Source: Candidatus Omnitrophota bacterium | GTDB taxonomy: Bacteria > Omnitrophota > Gorgyraeia > 1-14-0-20-64-10 | Assembly: GCA_023818695.1 (NCBI GenBank) | Contig: JAMWCF010000002.1 | Coordinates: 64,066 to 128,065, forward strand | Direction: 5' to 3' | DNA length: 64,000 nucleotides | In this document: one piece after another, positions 37,607 to 45,699 of the stretch | Position numbering within the stretch: position 1 is the stretch's first letter | Layout of the letters: the number at the start of each line of letters is the position of its first letter | The notes under the pieces: generated by a model | What the model was told of the DNA's origin: nothing | The model's database searches: none | What the model saw: the letters and a program-made list of their open reading frames with translations, nothing else | Position numbers and translations under genes: made by a program

Positions 37607-38448
37607 AGCTCGGATTCCTCAAGCCCCTGGCCAGGATATGGGCGGCCACCCCCATCGGCCGTCGGCACAAAGCGTTCCTTCTTTCTTCTCTGGCGACCCG
37701 GGATGAGTTGGTGCGGGCTCTGCTTAAGCGGGATCCCAACTACTGCGTCCGGGCTCTGTTTTGGAATTACTTCTATTCCTCGACGTTCCGTAACGCGCTC
37801 AAGAACGGAAGCTATCCGGATCCGCCGGTCGTCCGGGGATTCGAGGACCTCACATGGCTTTTCGCGAGCCACTACGCCAATATGGGGATCGCCCTTTTGA
37901 ACCTCGATGAAGCGGCCTACCTTTACCGGCTCGCCGGGTCCCTCCGGCAGGCCAGACTCGCCGAGATCGGCCGGTACAAGGGAGGGTCTACATTTCTCCT
38001 GGCGGCCGCAATCGATGAGGGGTCGACCCTTCTGTCCGTTGATAACCATTCGGAGGGAGTTGTCCACGACTTGAAAGAGCAGGATGAATCCTTAAAGCGG
38101 ATCCTGGAGATCTTCCGTTTGGACGGAAAAGTCGATCTGGTCGTGGGGGATTCAACCGGCGTCCGCGTCGATCCGGAATCGATCGATCTCCTCTTTATCG
38201 ATGGCGACCATCGCTACGAATCGGTTCGCAGGGACTACCATCATTGGAAGGAGGCGTTGAAGCCGGGCGGGCACCTGCTCTTTCACGACGCCGACAACTC
38301 CCGGCCTTTTTCTATAGGGGATTGCCCACTTGGCGCGGTCGATTTCATGCGGGACATGAGAGAAACGGAAAGCAGGTTCTTTACGAGGACGAAGACGGTC
38401 GGTTCGCTCGTCCATTTCGTCCGGACCACCGTGCCGTTTGCAAGATAA
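37603..38448 (+). CDS. Class I SAM-dependent methyltransferase (Methyltransf_24-like)
   Basis: GTGA overlap with AAGGAG upstream. LAEIGRYKGGSTFLLA, LLFIDGDHRYESVRRDYHHW and LKPGGHLLFHD. Confidence 0.7.
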   Translation: MKLGFLKPLARIWAATPIGRRHKAFLLSSLATRDELVRALLKRDPNYCVRALFWNYFYSSTFRNALKNGSYPDPPVVRGFEDLTWLFASHYANMGIALLNLDEAAYLYRLAGSLRQARLAEIGRYKGGSTFLLAAAIDEGSTLLSVDNHSEGVVHDLKEQDESLKRILEIFRLDGKVDLVVGDSTGVRVDPESIDLLFIDGDHRYESVRRDYHHWKEALKPGGHLLFHDADNSRPFSIGDCPLGAVDFMRDMRETESRFFTRTKTVGSLVHFVRTTVPFAR

Positions 38449-38645
38449 AAGCAAGTGCCGAGGCGGGGAGTTGGCGCCCTCCGCTTGTCCGCCGATAACC
38501 CCGGCGGACTCGCTTCGGGTCGGCCATCCGCCGCTCCTAAGGTAAGCAACGGCTCCTGTTTGTCGCCGTTGCCTACATTGTCCGCCATAGGTGGACGGTC
38601 GCGGCTTCCTTCAACTCCCCTTCCTCTTGGGGAGGGGGGTATAGT

Positions 38646-38669
38646 GGGGGGAACGTTACAGTTCCCCCC
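38646..38669. repeat. G-rich perfect hairpin GGGGGGAAC-gttaca-GTTCCCCCC
   Basis: 9-bp perfect stem. Preceded by CCTTCCTCTTGGGGAGGGGGGTAT, which resembles the leader of the copies at 50.46 and 51.79 kb. Confidence 0.7.
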
Positions 38670-38718
38670 AATAAGACATAGGGCGCCGATTTTGGCGCCC
38701 CCTTAGGAAAGAGGAATA

Positions 38719-38748
38719 CTAGGGAGAAAACCTAGGTTTTCTCCCTAG
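38719..38748. repeat. 30-nt perfect palindrome CTAGGGAGAAAACCTAGGTTTTCTCCCTAG
   Basis: The sequence equals its own reverse complement (checked by hand). Arm core is GGGAGAAAACC. Confidence 0.7.
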
Positions 38749-38843
38749 ATACTTCCAAAGTTCCCCTGTTGGTTTGGTGAGGCCGTTAAGCCGGGAGGCA
38801 CAGGACCTTTGTTAAATGACAGATGGGAACTTCGGAAGTATAG

Positions 38844-38927
<84 letters not shown>

Positions 38928-38939
38928 AAAAGAAGATTA

Positions 38940-39860
38940 ATGGCGACGAAACAGGATAACAGAAAGCGTTTGACCGCGTCAATCCGCCAGGGATTGGGAG
39001 CGGTCCGGGTCACGCAATTGAACCAGCTGATGGCCGGCCGCTCCGCGGTCGAAGGGAACTGGTCCTTGACGCCCCGGCATGAGATCCTCTACACCCGGTC
39101 CGGCGATAGGGAGGAGGCGGTTCTCCGGGGACGTCTGGCAGGCGCAGAGCCGGACGCCCTTCTTTTCCTGGTGAGCCAGACGCAGGAAGGGCAGCGCACG
39201 GAAACCCGCACGGTCCGGCTGCAGGGCCGTTGGGAAGCCGACCCCCTCAATCGGCTCGCCTTCCTTGTCGAGCGGGAAGAGGGGCGTTATGACCGTCTCA
39301 CGCTCGAGGGGATGTGGGAGGTCAACGACGCCCATCGGCTGATTTACCGCTCCGTCAGCCGTCCGGATTCGGGAAAGAGATCGACCGTGACCACCCTGAC
39401 TTTTCAAGGGGTTTGGGATATCGACGCTTCCAAGCGATTGGTCTATCTGCTGGATGCGGACGGGACATCCGGTTTCCGGTTCCGGGGCGCTTTTCAGACC
39501 CCCTCCATCCTGGCCAAGGAAGGTCGGATCCGCTACCAGGTCGGCATCGAGCTCAACGGCAAGCGCCGGTTTCAGACCGTCACCCTTTTCGGAAAATGGA
39601 AATTTTCCCGTGATTTGGCCCTTGAATTCGAGATGGACTACGGCAAGGGACGGAAGCGATCGATCCGGTTCGGCGCCGCGTACGAAGTCGGGCACCGCGG
39701 TTTCATCACGGCCCGGCTCATGAGCCGGGAGGGAAGACCTTTGGGGGTGGAGGTGGTTTTCGGCCTGGATCAGGTGTCGGCGGGGGGTCGGTTGTTCGGC
39801 CGATGGAGAAAATCCGGCAAGGAGACCACGGTGGAAGCCGGAGCCCGATGGCCGTGGTAG
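38940..39860 (+). CDS. Hypothetical repeat protein with about 5 tandem G-x-W beta modules
   Basis: Recurring module: LQGRWEADPLNRLAFLVE, LEGMWEVNDAHRLIYRSV, FQGVWDIDASKRLVYLLD, LFGKWKFSRDLALEFEMD. This internal periodicity favours the + ORF over the antisense 38979..39953 ORF. Confidence 0.55.
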   Translation: MATKQDNRKRLTASIRQGLGAVRVTQLNQLMAGRSAVEGNWSLTPRHEILYTRSGDREEAVLRGRLAGAEPDALLFLVSQTQEGQRTETRTVRLQGRWEADPLNRLAFLVEREEGRYDRLTLEGMWEVNDAHRLIYRSVSRPDSGKRSTVTTLTFQGVWDIDASKRLVYLLDADGTSGFRFRGAFQTPSILAKEGRIRYQVGIELNGKRRFQTVTLFGKWKFSRDLALEFEMDYGKGRKRSIRFGAAYEVGHRGFITARLMSREGRPLGVEVVFGLDQVSAGGRLFGRWRKSGKETTVEAGARWPW

Positions 39861-40018
39861 CCGATCCGCCAGCCGGCTCGGGTTTCCTTCGCAGGATTCC
39901 GTTGGGGGTTCTATGAGCATCTGGCTGTTGTGTTCGGCCTGCGGACGGCGCAACGGATCAGCGGTCTCTACCAGCGGTTTCTGCCTGAAAAGGTGCGCCG
40001 TTTCCTTCGGACCCGGCT

Positions 40019-41410
40019 CTAGACGAACCCTTTCTGTTTGAGCACAGTGGCCAGCGCTTCGACCACTTCCCGGCGGAATTTTGTCCCGCTCAACTCCCGA
40101 AGTTCCTGCAGCGCATCGGCCGGCTTCATCGCTTTCTGGTGGGGACGATTGCTGGTCATCGCGTCAAAGGCGTCCGCCACCGAAACGATCGAAACCAAGT
40201 CGGAGAGTTCCTCCCTCGTCTTTCCCTTGGGATAGCCGGAACCGTCCTCCCGCTCATGGTGGTCGGCGATCAGCGCCAATTCTTCCGGAGGAAGCCGCAG
40301 GGGCGCCAGGATTTTGGCCCCGATGATTGGATGGTTTTGGATGTTTTCCCGCTCCTCCTTGGTAAAGATTCCGGGTTTGAGAAGGATGTTGTCCTGGATC
40401 CCGATCTTGCCGATGTCATGGAGTCCGGCCAGGCGGTGGATCGCCTCGACCTCCTTGTGGGACTTCCCCATGACCTTGGCTATGTCGACGGCGTACTGGG
40501 TGACCGACTCCGAATGCCCGCGGGTGTAGGGGTCTTTCGCCTCCAGGGCGGACATCAGCGACTGGGCGGCCCTGACGAACGAATCCCGCAGATCTTTCTC
40601 CGCTTCCCGGAGATTGGAAGTCATCCGATTGAAGGCCTTGGCCGCTTCTTCGAACTCGTCATTCGTGCGCAGGGCGACCTGCGCGTAAAGTTCCCCCTTT
40701 TCCAGCTGGCGCATCCCGAAGATCAGCCGGTCGAGGGGTTTGGATATCCAGCCGGCAATCAAGGTGCTCAGGATAAGGGTCAGAATCAGACCGGCAGCTA
40801 GGCTCAAAAGGAGGTAGTTTTGGAATTTTTCCCGGAAGAGATGAAGCTCCCTGCCGTACATATCCACCCCCAGGACAGCAACCCGCTTGCCTTGGCTGTT
40901 GCGAATGGGGGCGTAGCCGGAGAGGGAGGTTCCCCACGGATCCCTGACCGGCGAAAGGTCCGCGGTCGGTCCCCGGAAGCCGTCCAGAAGTTTCGGGATG
41001 GAGGAGGCGTCATAACGGCGCCCCGGTTCCGCGCGGCTTCCGCCGATGTCTCCGACGATGATCGTTTCACCCGGTTTTTCCCCCTTGACCATCGTCCAGA
41101 TGTACTTGACGCCGGGGTTGCTGCCCTGGATGTACCGCAGACATTGTTGCAGCTGCTGGTAGGCGGGGGTCTGGAGCGCTTCTTGGGAGGGGGGAATGGT
41201 TTCATGGGCGTCCCCATCGATGGTCAGGGCGCTGGTAGCGGCGATGGCTTTGACCATCCGCCGGATTCCTTCCTGTTGTTCCCGCAGGGCCCGGGGGTAG
41301 ATGAGCCCCGCCACGGAAAGGACCAGGCAGGTTGTGGCGAGGGTGAGGATGCTGGTGACCTTAAAACGAAAGGGGAGATATTGGTCTCTTCCATATCCCG
41401 TTATTTTCAT
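40019..41410 (-). CDS. HD-GYP domain protein (c-di-GMP phosphodiesterase type) with periplasmic sensor and HAMP domain
   Basis: Two TM helices flank a sensor region. HAMP (KPLDRLIFGMRQLEKGELY...FNRMTSNL), and HD-GYP motifs GLHDIGKIGI and HHEREDGSGYPKG. Confidence 0.85.
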   Translation of the reverse strand: MKITGYGRDQYLPFRFKVTSILTLATTCLVLSVAGLIYPRALREQQEGIRRMVKAIAATSALTIDGDAHETIPPSQEALQTPAYQQLQQCLRYIQGSNPGVKYIWTMVKGEKPGETIIVGDIGGSRAEPGRRYDASSIPKLLDGFRGPTADLSPVRDPWGTSLSGYAPIRNSQGKRVAVLGVDMYGRELHLFREKFQNYLLLSLAAGLILTLILSTLIAGWISKPLDRLIFGMRQLEKGELYAQVALRTNDEFEEAAKAFNRMTSNLREAEKDLRDSFVRAAQSLMSALEAKDPYTRGHSESVTQYAVDIAKVMGKSHKEVEAIHRLAGLHDIGKIGIQDNILLKPGIFTKEERENIQNHPIIGAKILAPLRLPPEELALIADHHEREDGSGYPKGKTREELSDLVSIVSVADAFDAMTSNRPHQKAMKPADALQELRELSGTKFRREVVEALATVLKQKGFV

Positions 41411-41489
41411 GACCTATTAGTATATCCGATTTTCCAAAACTCGAGAGAATATGGTACTTTTAAAGAGGTGGCTCCGAAGGGCATATGAG

Positions 41490-41954
41490 ATGGCTCAAGC
41501 CGACAACCCTGTGATCGCCCGTAATCCGACAGCCGGCCGCGACTTTACCTTTCTTGAGAATTTTGAGGCCGGGATTCAGCTCACAGGGCCGGAAGTCAAG
41601 TCGATCCGGGCCAAGAAAGTGAACCTGAAAGACAGTTTTGCCCGGATTGAGAAGGGCCAGGCCTGGCTGTATGGGATGGACGTTTCACCCTATCCCCAGG
41701 CGGGAGGAGTCCGACAGGAGTCGAAGCGGATGCGGCGGCTGCTGTTGCACCGCAAGCAGATAGACCGGCTGGAGCTGAAGGTCAAAGAGGGCGGATTGAC
41801 CATCACGGCCGTGAAGCTTTACTTCAAAGGTTCGCTGATCAAGGTGGAGCTGGCCTTGGCCAAGGGCAAGCAGCAGTTCGACAAGCGGGAGACGATCAAG
41901 AAGCGGGAACTGGACCGGGAAATCTCCCGCGCGTTGAGACATAGGAATAAGTGA
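41490..41954 (+). CDS. smpB: SsrA-binding protein SmpB
   Basis: ATG at 41490 in ORF 41451..41954. GIQLTGPEVKSIR, RRLLLHRKQIDRL and LALAKGKQQFDKRETIKKRE. Lies directly upstream of the tmRNA gene. Confidence 0.9.
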   Translation: MAQADNPVIARNPTAGRDFTFLENFEAGIQLTGPEVKSIRAKKVNLKDSFARIEKGQAWLYGMDVSPYPQAGGVRQESKRMRRLLLHRKQIDRLELKVKEGGLTITAVKLYFKGSLIKVELALAKGKQQFDKRETIKKRELDREISRALRHRNK

Positions 41955-41971
41955 TAGCGCTTGATTTTTTT

Positions 41972-42376
41972 GGGGGCGACTGGATTCGACTGAACTGACG
42001 AAACCGTGGTCGCGTGCCGAGGTTGTCCGGAGGCCTCGTAAAAAACCGGGCAAACAATACGTGCCAAAAACATGGTAAATGGGTTCGCCCCGGTTGTGCC
42101 GATTCGGCCGATCGCGGCCCCCATGGCACTGGCCGCGTAAATTACGCGCCCGTCCGTTGATCGACGCCTACTAGGTTAAACGGACGACAGCAGTAGGCTG
42201 GCCGTGGTTTGGTTCCTCTAGGGACCGCGGCGAGGAGACCAACTAGGGGGTAGCCGGCGGCGTGATCCCGTCCGCGGGAGCCGCGGCTGGCGACGTTTCG
42301 AAAACGCGGACTACGCACGTAGTGGACGCGGTGGAGTTATTTCAGGACGGGGGTTCAATTCCCCCCGCCTCCACCA
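41972..42376 (+). ncRNA. ssrA: tmRNA (ssrA), one-piece
   Basis: 5' GGGGGCGACTGGATTCGAC and 3' GGACGGGGGTTCAATTCCCCCCGCCTCCACCA, giving a 7-bp acceptor stem with a G3-U pair. Internal tag reading frame ends ...PMALAA-TAA (stop at 42138-42140). The resume codon is not certain; GCC AAA AAC (AKN...) is possible. Confidence 0.9.
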
Positions 42377-42525
42377 GCTTGTGGGGAATTGAACCCAGGG
42401 GTGGTCAGGGGGACCGCCCCTGACGGGTTCAAGGAGGGGAAGAATAAGGGGAACCATAGGTTCCCCTTATGGAGCGACGAGCGGAAGCGAGGAGCGACGG
42501 GTTCTACTTCCCCCCGCCTCCACCA
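42359..42525 (+). repeat. 18-nt direct repeat of the tmRNA 3' end (TTCCCCCCGCCTCCACCA at 42359-42376 and 42508-42525) bracketing a 131-bp insert
   Basis: Exact 18/18 identity read from the sequence. The insert contains two strong hairpins and an internal GGAGCGACG duplication. Confidence 0.8.
42444..42470. repeat. G-rich perfect hairpin ATAAGGGGAAC-catag-GTTCCCCTTAT
   Basis: 11-bp perfect stem located inside the tmRNA-flanking insert. Confidence 0.7.
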
Positions 42526-42540
42526 CTTAGGGTCCCCTCA

Positions 42541-43353
42541 TTGGAAAACGGCTCTCATCCTGATAAGACGCAAGCGATAGGTGTTTTTGATTCCGGGCTG
42601 GGGGGGCTGACCGTGGTCCGGGAGCTCTTTAAGACGCTTCCGCGCGAGCGGATCGTTTACCTGGGCGACACGGCGCGGGTCCCTTACGGGAACAAATCCA
42701 AGGAAACAGTCCTCCGGTTTTCGACGGAGAACGTCCTCTTCCTGCTCCACCATCGCGTGAAAATGGTGATTGTGGCCTGCCATACCGCTTCCAGCTTCGG
42801 TCTGCCGTTTTTAAGCCGCCATTTCAAGCACCCTGTTCTGGGAGTGGTGGAACCGGGCGTCGAGACGGCGGTGAAGGCGACTCGTTCGGGCCGGATCGGC
42901 GTGATCGGCACGAATTCCACCATCGGATCAGGCGCTTACCTGCATGCCATCCGGCGCCTGCAGCCGTCCATCAAGGTTTTTCAGGCGGCCTGCCCCTTGT
43001 TCGTTCCCCTGGTGGAGGAGGGATTGGTGGATGATCCGCTGACCCGCCAGGCGGCGGTCCGTTATTTGAAGCCTTTGAAGGAAGCCCGCGTCGATACTCT
43101 GATCCTGGGATGCACCCATTATCCCCTCTTGAAAAAGGTGATCGGACAGGTGATGGGGCCCCGCGTGCGGTTGGTCGATTCCGCTCATCAGGTGGCTTTG
43201 AAAGCCCGGCAGATTTTGCTTCAGCTCGGTTTGGAAAACGGCAAAACGGCCGGCAGGAGCCACAGGTTCTACGTGACGGATGAGCCGGCGCTTTTCGGTC
43301 GGCTTTCCAGACGATTCCTTGGTTCCCGGGTTGGCCATGTCGAGAAAGTCTAA
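42541..43353 (+). CDS. murI: Glutamate racemase
   Basis: IGVFDSGLGGLTV, VIVACHTASS and LILGCTHYPLL. The ORF opens at ATG 42469, but that start lies inside the tmRNA-flanking insert. The TTG at 42541 gives a normal-length N-terminus, so the start is uncertain. Confidence 0.8.
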   Translation: MENGSHPDKTQAIGVFDSGLGGLTVVRELFKTLPRERIVYLGDTARVPYGNKSKETVLRFSTENVLFLLHHRVKMVIVACHTASSFGLPFLSRHFKHPVLGVVEPGVETAVKATRSGRIGVIGTNSTIGSGAYLHAIRRLQPSIKVFQAACPLFVPLVEEGLVDDPLTRQAAVRYLKPLKEARVDTLILGCTHYPLLKKVIGQVMGPRVRLVDSAHQVALKARQILLQLGLENGKTAGRSHRFYVTDEPALFGRLSRRFLGSRVGHVEKV

Positions 43354-44032
43354 GGGTTCCAAGGGTAAAGCGGTTGTCCTGCTTTCCGGAGGGCTTGATT
43401 CCGCCACCACCCTCTATCTGGCGAAAGCGAAGGGGTACCGGTGCCACTGCCTCATCTTGGAATATGCCCAGCGTCACCGCCGGGAGGTGAAGGCCGCCGA
43501 GAAGATCGCCAGGACGGCCGGTTGTCCATGGGAGAAGGTGCGGCTGCGCTTCCCCTGGAAGGGAAGCGCCTTGACGGATCGGTCGGTCGGCGTCCCCATG
43601 GATCGTCCGGAAAGCCGGCTGTCGAAAGAGATCCCACCGACCTATGTGCCGGCCCGGAACACCGTTTTTCTCTCGATGGCCGCGGGTTTCGCGGAGGCGA
43701 TCGGGGCCCGCACGATTTTCATCGGGGCCAACGCCGTTGACTTCTCCGGCTACCCGGACTGCCGGCCCTCTTATTACAGGGCGTTTCAAAGAGCGGTCCG
43801 TCTGGGGACCAGGGCCGGGATGCAAGGCGAACCGATCCGGATTGAAACGCCCCTGATCCGGATGACGAAATCGCAGATCATCCGCCTGGGGACCCGGTTG
43901 GGCGTTCCATACCGGATCACCTGGTCATGCTACATGGGAAAGGCGGTTCCATGCGGCCGCTGCGACAGCTGTTTTCTCCGACGCAAAGGATTCCAAGAAG
44001 CGGGTGTTCCCGATCCGGCAATCCTCTCCTGA
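43337..44032 (+). CDS. queC: 7-cyano-7-deazaguanine synthase
   Basis: ATG at 43337 in ORF 43280..44032. KAVVLLSGGLDSAT and the C-terminal Zn site CYMGKAVPCGRCDSC. Confidence 0.9.
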   Translation: MSRKSKGSKGKAVVLLSGGLDSATTLYLAKAKGYRCHCLILEYAQRHRREVKAAEKIARTAGCPWEKVRLRFPWKGSALTDRSVGVPMDRPESRLSKEIPPTYVPARNTVFLSMAAGFAEAIGARTIFIGANAVDFSGYPDCRPSYYRAFQRAVRLGTRAGMQGEPIRIETPLIRMTKSQIIRLGTRLGVPYRITWSCYMGKAVPCGRCDSCFLRRKGFQEAGVPDPAILS

Positions 44033-45146
44033 CTCCCGGAGCCGTCTCCATCCCTGGACCGCCGTGGCGGCGATTATCGTTTTATCCGCCGCCCCTCTTT
44101 TCGCGCAGAGCTTCTCCAGCCGGCATGGGCTCTCTTCTTCGGAGGTGGAACAGATCAGGGCCGCCGTCCTTCAGCTCATCGAGGAGTTGAGGAAATCCGG
44201 TTCCCCGCGGCAGAAGGCCAAGGTCGCTTACGCGCTGGGGCGGATCGGCCCGTTGGCCTCCGCCGCCGTTCCGACTTTGACGTCGGCAATGTCGGAGGAG
44301 GATCCAGAATTGAAGAAGGTCGCCTGCTGGGCCCTCGGTGAAATCGGGCCTGTTGTGGGCGAGAGCGCCGAGTCGGTCAGGAGGATAGCCGGCTTGCTGT
44401 CTGATCCCCGAGAGGGGGCAGAAATCCGCCGGACAGCGGCATGGGTGCTGGGGCGGATCGGAGTGCCGGGGCAGACGATGCATGTTTTGACGAAGGCCCT
44501 GCAGGACCCCGATACGGAGGTGCGGGCGATCGCGGTGATTTCCATGGGCAAGAGTCCGGCCGCGTCCGACGTGATTGGGGTTTTGGGACCCCTTTTAAAT
44601 GATCCCAGCGAAAGGGTTGCATCGGCGGTCGGCAGCGTACTCGCCGCGGTGGGGGAACCGGCCGTTCCGGTCCTGGTGGAGGCGTTGAACGCTCCAACCC
44701 AGCAGGCCCGTCAGACGGCTGCAAAAGCATTGGTTCAGATTGGTGCACCGGCCCTTTCGAAAGTGGCCGCTCTCTTGGTCGCCGACGGCACGGAGCAGGA
44801 AACGCGGGCGGCGGCCGCGGCTATTCTCGCTCGGATCGGCAAGCCCGCTGTTCCGGTCTTGGCCGCTTGTTTGTCCGATCCCAATCAGAAGGTGCGTCTT
44901 TTGAGTTGTCGGGCTTTGGGGGAGATCGGCGCTCCCGTCGCCGCCGATTTAAAATCCCTGGAGCTTTTGCAGGGGGCTCTCCTGGACCCTATCTGGGAAG
45001 TTCGTGAAGCGGCTGCGCTGGCTCTGGGGCAGGTGGGGGCTGTTTCAGCCAGGCCGCTCCTGCTTCAAGCGCTGGATGACGAGGAGAATGCGGTCCGAAG
45101 CGCAGCCGCGAAAGCGCTGGAACAGATCGGCGTCGAACATTTGTAA
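44004..45146 (+). CDS. Secreted HEAT-repeat (PBS-lyase HEAT-like) protein
   Basis: GTG start and signal peptide, then about 10 repeats of the type A-x-ALG-x-IG-x-x-A-V-P-x-L. Confidence 0.7.
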   Translation: MFPIRQSSPDSRSRLHPWTAVAAIIVLSAAPLFAQSFSSRHGLSSSEVEQIRAAVLQLIEELRKSGSPRQKAKVAYALGRIGPLASAAVPTLTSAMSEEDPELKKVACWALGEIGPVVGESAESVRRIAGLLSDPREGAEIRRTAAWVLGRIGVPGQTMHVLTKALQDPDTEVRAIAVISMGKSPAASDVIGVLGPLLNDPSERVASAVGSVLAAVGEPAVPVLVEALNAPTQQARQTAAKALVQIGAPALSKVAALLVADGTEQETRAAAAAILARIGKPAVPVLAACLSDPNQKVRLLSCRALGEIGAPVAADLKSLELLQGALLDPIWEVREAAALALGQVGAVSARPLLLQALDDEENAVRSAAAKALEQIGVEHL

Positions 45147-45253
45147 GACCTCTCTTGAAAAAGATGCGGAGCTTGTGATAGGCCTTTATTAATGTAGCAT
45201 TTTGGCAAGTTGCTCTTTTGCACGTAAAACTCTAACCTATCCGACTGCCGAAG

Positions 45254-45616
45254 ATGGTTCCGCCAACCCATAGAGGAGTTCATGAAAACCAGCAGATTCG
45301 TCTCGTTTCTCTCGGCGCTTTCTCTTCTCTTTCTTCAAGTCGCCCCGGTTCGGGCCCGTTCACTGACGCCTTTGTCCGGCATTCCGGCCCCCTCCTCGCA
45401 GGAAGAGGAAGAGGGTTTTGTTTCTTTGGAGCAGGCGGAGCTCCTACTACCGGGAGTTTGAACAAGGGATTCAGGTCCCGATCGGGCCGCCGCCGGCGTC
45501 GGGGAGCGGCGCTGGGCATCGGGCCCGGGGTTTACACGGTCACCTTCCTGCTCTACAACGGGGCGGATGTCCGGGTCGGGACCGGCTTCTTCGGGAATGT
45601 GGTCGATTTCAATTAA
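45254..45616 (+). CDS. Ambiguous small-protein locus: 120-aa ORF (45254..45616) overlapping a 59-aa signal-peptide ORF (45282..45461) in another frame
   Basis: The ATG at 45282 has a GAGGAG RBS and encodes MKTSRFVSFLSALSLLFLQVAPVRA... The protein-like tail GIGPGVYTVTFLLYNGADVRVGTGFFGNVVDFN is in the other frame, and a terminator follows at 45648. The reading frame is unresolved. Confidence 0.35.
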   Translation: MVPPTHRGVHENQQIRLVSLGAFSSLSSSRPGSGPFTDAFVRHSGPLLAGRGRGFCFFGAGGAPTTGSLNKGFRSRSGRRRRRGAALGIGPGVYTVTFLLYNGADVRVGTGFFGNVVDFN

Positions 45617-45647
45617 GGGCTAGGTTTTGTCGTTCGAACAGGACGGG

Positions 45648-45683
45648 GCCGCTTTTCGGTGAAGAAAAGCGGCTCTGTTTTTG
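45648..45683 (+). terminator. Rho-independent terminator
   Basis: GCCGCTTTTC-ggtgaa-GAAAAGCGGC (10-bp perfect stem) followed by TCTGTTTTTG. Confidence 0.65.
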
Positions 45684-45699
45684 TTATTCTAGGTTCATC

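Noticed and set aside
38455-38706. 83-aa ORF, and the antisense 38283..38588 and 38786..39013 ORFs, in the spacer next to tRNA-Leu.
   Set aside because: They run through perfect hairpins and palindromes and through the tRNA itself. There is no RBS and no protein-like composition, so I treat the region as a noncoding repeat region.
38979-39953. 324-aa minus-strand ORF overlapping the repeat protein gene.
   Set aside because: The + strand frame shows a regular internal repeat architecture and starts just after the tRNA. The minus frame is Pro/Arg/Gly-rich with no periodicity.
45203-45223. Sigma-54-like promoter TGGCAAGTTGCTCTTTTGCA upstream of the small-protein locus.
   Set aside because: The spacing between the GG and GC dinucleotides is 6 or 14 nt rather than the required 10 nt, so it does not fit the -24/-12 consensus.
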